DNA from: Thermoplasmata archaeon
GTDB taxonomy: Archaea > Thermoplasmatota > E2 > DHVEG-1
Length of the DNA stretch: 64,000 nt
Reading direction: 5' to 3'
Assembly: GCA_020054475.1 (NCBI GenBank)
Contig: JAHWGJ010000006.1
Span: 368-64,367 of the forward strand
Notes under the pieces: generated by a model
Seen by the model: the letters and a program-made list of their open reading frames with translations, nothing else
Told to the model about the DNA's origin: nothing
Database searches by the model: none
In this document: one piece after another, positions 59,573-64,000 of the stretch
Layout of the letters: each line of letters begins with the position of its first letter
How positions within the stretch are numbered: the first letter of the stretch is position 1
Program-made: the position numbers and the translations under genes

Positions 59573-59884
59573 ATGATATCTATTATTTATACAACTATAG
59601 ATAACGAACAGGATGCAAGAAAAATTGCTAATGTTCTAATAGAAGAACAAATTGTTGCGTGTGTTAATATAATACCAAATGTACATTCAATATATAGATG
59701 GAAAGGTAAAATTGAAGAAGAAAAAGAACTTATTTTAATTGCAAAAACAGTCGATGAAAATGTATTAAAAGCAATAAATAGAATTAAAAAATTACATAAT
59801 AATGAATTACCTGATATTATTGCAATACCCGTAAATAACGGTTATTCTGACTATTTAGAATATATTAAAAGAGAGACTGAATGA
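59573..59884 (+). CDS. cutA: divalent-cation tolerance protein CutA
   Basis: ACVNIIP..SIYRWKGKIE..E..KT, LH..ELPDII. Confidence 0.93.
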   Translation: MISIIYTTIDNEQDARKIANVLIEEQIVACVNIIPNVHSIYRWKGKIEEEKELILIAKTVDENVLKAINRIKKLHNNELPDIIAIPVNNGYSDYLEYIKRETE

Positions 59885-60510
59885 AATTTGTATCATTAAT
59901 ATCAAGTGGAATAGATTCACCAGTTGCAACATATTTATTTTCAAAAAAATCAACTGAATTGATACTGATCCATGCAGATGGAAGACCTTACAACGATAAT
60001 AGAGAAGTTAATAATTTTATGTCAATAGCAAAATCTTTAAAAAAACAAACAAAAATTAAAATGAAATTTTTTTTGATTCCGCATGGAAAAAATCTAAATA
60101 TTTATCAGAAAAATTGCAATAAAAAATATACTTGTATTTTTTGTAAAAGAATGCTTCTTAAATACGCAGAAAGTATCCTAATTGAAAATGAAGCTAGCGC
60201 GATAATAATGGGCGATTCCCTTGGACAAGTTGCATCTCAAACATTATATAATATTAAGGTTATTGATCAAGCAATTAACACACCAATTTTGAGACCTTTA
60301 ATAGGTTTGGATAAAGATAATATAATAAAAATCGCTAGAAAAATTGGAACTTATGATATTTCGATTTTACCCAAAGATGGTTGCAATGCAGTTCCATCAA
60401 AACCATCTACTAAATGTAAATTAGAAAATATATTAATTGAAGAGGAGAAAATTAAAGTTGAGAAATTAGTTAATGATTCCATTAAACAAAAAGAAGAATT
60501 ATTTATTTAA
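59881..60510 (+). CDS. thiI: stand-alone ThiI catalytic (PP-loop) domain
   Basis: SSGIDSPVA, CIFCKRM, GDSLGQVASQT, LRPLIGLDK..I..A..IGTY, GC..VP..PST; no THUMP. Confidence 0.85.
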   Translation: MKFVSLISSGIDSPVATYLFSKKSTELILIHADGRPYNDNREVNNFMSIAKSLKKQTKIKMKFFLIPHGKNLNIYQKNCNKKYTCIFCKRMLLKYAESILIENEASAIIMGDSLGQVASQTLYNIKVIDQAINTPILRPLIGLDKDNIIKIARKIGTYDISILPKDGCNAVPSKPSTKCKLENILIEEEKIKVEKLVNDSIKQKEELFI

Positions 60511-60588
60511 ATTTATTTTAAACCTGTTTTATTAAATTTTTTAACAATTATTTTTTGTAAAATAGAAAAATTTAAAAACTAACAAAAC

Positions 60589-60636
60589 ATACTATATGAT
60601 GTATATAATTGAAAAATTATATACAATATATTGTAT
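60589..60636. promoter_or_regulatory. tandem NrdR boxes
   Basis: ATACTATATGATGTAT 60589-604 and perfect palindrome ATACAATATATTGTAT 60621-636, 32 bp apart, upstream of nrdR-nrdD-nrdG. Confidence 0.8.
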
Positions 60637-60660
60637 TATAAATTATTTGGAGAGGATGGA

Positions 60661-61128
60661 GTGGAATGCCCATATTGTAATCATATAGAAACAAAAGTTA
60701 CTGATTCCAGAGATACAGGTAGTTATACTATTCGTAGAAGAAGAGAGTGTTTGAAATGCAATAAACGTTTTACAACATATGAGCATGTAGAAATGAATCC
60801 TGTTTTAATAATTAAAAAGGATGATAGGCGAGAAAAATTTGATAGAAATAAAATTAAAAAAGGAATAATGAAAGCATTAGAAAAACGCCCCGTATCACAT
60901 GAAAAAATTGAGGAAATAATTGATAAGATTCAAGAAAAAGTTCGAAAATCTGGAAAAGAAGAGATTGAGAGCAATGTTATTGGTGAATATGTAATGAATG
61001 AATTGAAAGAAACAGATCAGGTTGCTTATATACGATTTGCATCGGTGTATAGATCCTTTGCTGACATTACATTTTTTCAAAAAGAAATAAAAAATCTTAC
61101 CAGGGAAAAAATTATTGAGGAGAGATAA
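60661..61128 (+). CDS. nrdR: transcriptional repressor NrdR
   Basis: CPYC..DSR..IRRRREC..C..RFTTYE, ATP cone, AYIRFASVY; GTG start after GAGG. Confidence 0.96.
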   Translation: MECPYCNHIETKVTDSRDTGSYTIRRRRECLKCNKRFTTYEHVEMNPVLIIKKDDRREKFDRNKIKKGIMKALEKRPVSHEKIEEIIDKIQEKVRKSGKEEIESNVIGEYVMNELKETDQVAYIRFASVYRSFADITFFQKEIKNLTREKIIEER

Positions 61129-61132
61129 GAAA

Positions 61133-63277
61133 ATGATAAGAAAAATTAGAAAAAGAGATGGAAAAGTTGTTGATTTTAATCCAATAAAAATTACAAATGC
61201 TGTTTGGAAAGCTGCTCAAGCTGTTGGCGGAAAAGATCATAGGAAAGCAGCATATCTAACAGATAAGACAATTGAAAATCTAGAAAAAGAATTAAAACGG
61301 GGTGAAATACCAACTGTAGAACAGGTTCAAGATTTTGTTGAAAAAGCAATAATTGAAGAAGGGCACGCTAAAACTGCAAAAGCTTATATTTTATATAGAA
61401 AACAACACGAAGATATACGAAAAGTTGGAGGATTACTACAAGATATTGATGTGGTTGATGGATATTTAAGTATGATGGATTGGAAAGTAAATGAAAACAG
61501 CAATATGAGCTACTCTTTACAAGGTTTGAATGTATATGCAACTGAAAATATTGTTTCTAATTATTGGCTTAATAAAATATATCCTCCAGAGATAGGAGAT
61601 TCTCATGTAAATGGTGATTTTCATATACATGACCTTGGTACACTTGGAGCATATTGTGTGGGTTGGGATCTTAAAGATATATTATTATTGGGTTTTAGGG
61701 GGGTTTCAGGTAAAATCGAAAGCAAACCTGCAAAGCACTTTGGAACAGCTCTTATGCAAATAGTGAATTATTTATACACTCTACAAGGAGAAGCAGCAGG
61801 AGCGCAAGCTTTGTCTAATTTTGATACTCTTTTAGCACCATTTATTAGAAGTGATAAATTAAAATATAAAGACGTAAAACAAGAAATGCAAAAATTCTTA
61901 TTCAATATGAATGTACCAACAAGAGTAGGATTTCAAAGTCCTTTTACAAATATTACAATGGATCTTACAATACCTGGTTATATGTACGAAGAACCCGTAA
62001 TAATAGGGGGAGATTTAAGAGATGATAATTATAGTGATTATTTAGATGAAATGGATACTGTAAACAATGCCTTCGCAGAGATAATGAATGAGGGGGATGC
62101 AAAAGGCAGACCATTTACATTTCCAATTCCTACATATAATATCACGAAAGATTTCAATTGGAATAATGAGAATCTAGATCCGATTTGGAATATGACTGCA
62201 AAATATGGAATACCATATTTTTCAAATTTTATTAACAGCGATATGAAACCAGATGATTCAAGAAGTATGTGTTGTAGATTACGTTTAGATAATAGAGAAT
62301 TAAGAAAAAGAGGGGGAGGTCTTTTTGGTGCAAATCCAAAAACGGGATCTGTTGGAGTAGTAACAATTAACATGGCACGATTAGGTTATTTAGCAAAAAA
62401 TGAAAATGAATTTTTTGATAGCCTTGATAAATTAATGAATATAGCAAAGGATAGCTTAGAGATAAAAAGAGAAGTAATTGAAAATTTGACATATAGTGGG
62501 CTACACCCATACTCAAGATTTTATTTAGCTGATGTGAAAAAAACATTTGGAGAATATTGGAAAAATCATTTCTCAACAATAGGTCTTATTGGTATGAATG
62601 ATGCACTACTAAACTTCATGAATAAAAGTATAGGGGAAAAAGAAGGAAAACAATTTGCAGAGAAAGTTTTGGACTATATGAGAAAAAGAATTGCAGATTT
62701 TCAGGAGGAAACTGGTAATATATTTAATCTTGAAGCAACACCTGCAGAAGGAGCTAGTTATAGATTAGCAAAAAACGATCATAATAAATATCCCGAAATT
62801 AGAACCTACAATCAAGAAGTATATTCAAATAATGGAAATGGCGCTATCGAACCATATTATACAAACTCCACTCAACTTCCTGTAGGATATACTGACGATG
62901 TATTTGAAGCACTTGATTTGCAAGATTCATTACAATCAAAATATACTGGAGGAACAGTATTACATATCTTTCTAGGTGAGAATGATCCATCCCCAAAATC
63001 AACTAAAAATCTCATAAGAAAAGTAGCTGAAAATTATTCATTACCATATTATACAATAACACCAACTTTCAGTATATGTTCAGACCATGGATATCTATCA
63101 GGGGAACATAAATACTGCCCCACCTGCAAAAAGAATAAAAAAACAAACGAATGTGAAATATATTCAAGAGTAGTGGGTTATCTAAGGCCTGTAAGACAAT
63201 GGAACAGAGGAAAACAACAAGAATTTAGTGATCGTAAAACTTTTAAAATAAAAGAAAAAAAATTAATGGTTGCTTAA
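61133..63277 (+). CDS. nrdD: anaerobic (class III) ribonucleoside-triphosphate reductase
   Basis: ATP cone, ENSN, HIHDL..YC, SMCCRL, EATPAEG, YTGG, YSRVVGYLRP glycyl-radical loop. Confidence 0.96.
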   Translation: MIRKIRKRDGKVVDFNPIKITNAVWKAAQAVGGKDHRKAAYLTDKTIENLEKELKRGEIPTVEQVQDFVEKAIIEEGHAKTAKAYILYRKQHEDIRKVGGLLQDIDVVDGYLSMMDWKVNENSNMSYSLQGLNVYATENIVSNYWLNKIYPPEIGDSHVNGDFHIHDLGTLGAYCVGWDLKDILLLGFRGVSGKIESKPAKHFGTALMQIVNYLYTLQGEAAGAQALSNFDTLLAPFIRSDKLKYKDVKQEMQKFLFNMNVPTRVGFQSPFTNITMDLTIPGYMYEEPVIIGGDLRDDNYSDYLDEMDTVNNAFAEIMNEGDAKGRPFTFPIPTYNITKDFNWNNENLDPIWNMTAKYGIPYFSNFINSDMKPDDSRSMCCRLRLDNRELRKRGGGLFGANPKTGSVGVVTINMARLGYLAKNENEFFDSLDKLMNIAKDSLEIKREVIENLTYSGLHPYSRFYLADVKKTFGEYWKNHFSTIGLIGMNDALLNFMNKSIGEKEGKQFAEKVLDYMRKRIADFQEETGNIFNLEATPAEGASYRLAKNDHNKYPEIRTYNQEVYSNNGNGAIEPYYTNSTQLPVGYTDDVFEALDLQDSLQSKYTGGTVLHIFLGENDPSPKSTKNLIRKVAENYSLPYYTITPTFSICSDHGYLSGEHKYCPTCKKNKKTNECEIYSRVVGYLRPVRQWNRGKQQEFSDRKTFKIKEKKLMVA

Positions 63278-63972
63278 TGAAAATAGGCGGATTACAAAAA
63301 ATATCATTATTGGATTATCCCAATAAATTAAGTGCAATAATTTGGACAGTTGGATGTAATTTACAATGTCCATATTGTTATAATAAGCAACTTTTAGATA
63401 AAAATACTATAAAAATCATTAATGAAGAAGATGTTCTTTTATTTCTAAAAAAACGAAAAGGGAAATTAGAAGCGTTATCTATTTCAGGAGGGGAACCTTT
63501 ATTACACGAGGATATTTTTAATTTTTGTAATAAAGTTAAGAAAATAGGATATTTAATAAAAATTGATACAAATGGAACATTTCCAGATAAATTAAAAAAA
63601 TTAATTGATGAACAACTTGTAGATTATATCTCAATGGATATTAAAGCTCCAAAAAATAAGTATGATATAATATGTAATAAAAAGGTTAATATAAAAAATA
63701 TCCAAAAATCCATTGATTTAATTAAGAATTTTTCAAAAAAATATGAATTTAAAACAACAATAGCACCATCCCTTTTAAATAAAAACGATATAATAGAAAT
63801 TGCAGAATGGTTGAAAGGAGCAGATCAGTATTATCTTCAACAATTTAAAAATGAATTACCATTATTATCAAAAAAACTCGAAAAAATTGAACCATATTCA
63901 AAAGAATATTTAATTGAAATCATTGAAGAAATACGGCATTTTTTTAATAGATGTAGCTTTAGAGGAGAATGA
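63277..63972 (+). CDS. nrdG: anaerobic RNR activating radical SAM enzyme
   Basis: GCNLQCPYCYN, SGGEP, DTNG, MDIK. Confidence 0.93.
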   Translation: MKIGGLQKISLLDYPNKLSAIIWTVGCNLQCPYCYNKQLLDKNTIKIINEEDVLLFLKKRKGKLEALSISGGEPLLHEDIFNFCNKVKKIGYLIKIDTNGTFPDKLKKLIDEQLVDYISMDIKAPKNKYDIICNKKVNIKNIQKSIDLIKNFSKKYEFKTTIAPSLLNKNDIIEIAEWLKGADQYYLQQFKNELPLLSKKLEKIEPYSKEYLIEIIEEIRHFFNRCSFRGE

Positions 63973-64000
63973 TAGTGATAGACGACAATATAATAAATGA

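Noticed and set aside
3169-62579. Numerous 60-140 aa ORFs antisense to or nested in long genes (e.g. 5505-5831, 12862-13239, 24006-24404, 32241-32663, 36271-36618, 48868-49257, 62038-62373)
   Set aside because: Shadow ORFs of well-supported genes, no recognisable motifs

Overview
Very AT-rich archaeal chromosomal segment. Gene content (Cdc48, Orc1/Cdc6, Alba, TBP, aRF1, NMD3, alpha2-type EndA, archease, DUF835, secreted PKD/peptidase proteins) points to Thermoplasmatota, probably a sediment MBG-D/Thermoprofundales-like lineage (inference). The window contains a replication origin (inverted ORB pair around an AT-rich DUE) directly upstream of cdc6. It also carries peptide-fermentation genes (gdhA, nfnAB, iorAB, OPT transporter, secreted peptidases), tRNA-Leu(CAA) with a 2.8-kb integrase-less island, pycAB, a NikR-controlled metal uptake/HypAB operon, and an nrdR-nrdD-nrdG operon with tandem NrdR boxes. 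The most unusual observations are: (1) a stand-alone RHH + MCM-type winged-helix protein and a cluster of unannotated Zn-ribbon microproteins near the origin; (2) ThiI split into a THUMP/dead-catalytic gene and a separate catalytic-only gene; (3) a ZnuABC-like ABC system with altered ligands plus FmdE under NikR control; (4) a structured RNA-like element behind cdc6; (5) a helically phased TCAA/TTGA array; (6) several pseudogenes (TBP half, GIY-YIG, internally inverted PEP-utilising gene). All family assignments come from motif recognition by eye; no database searches were run.
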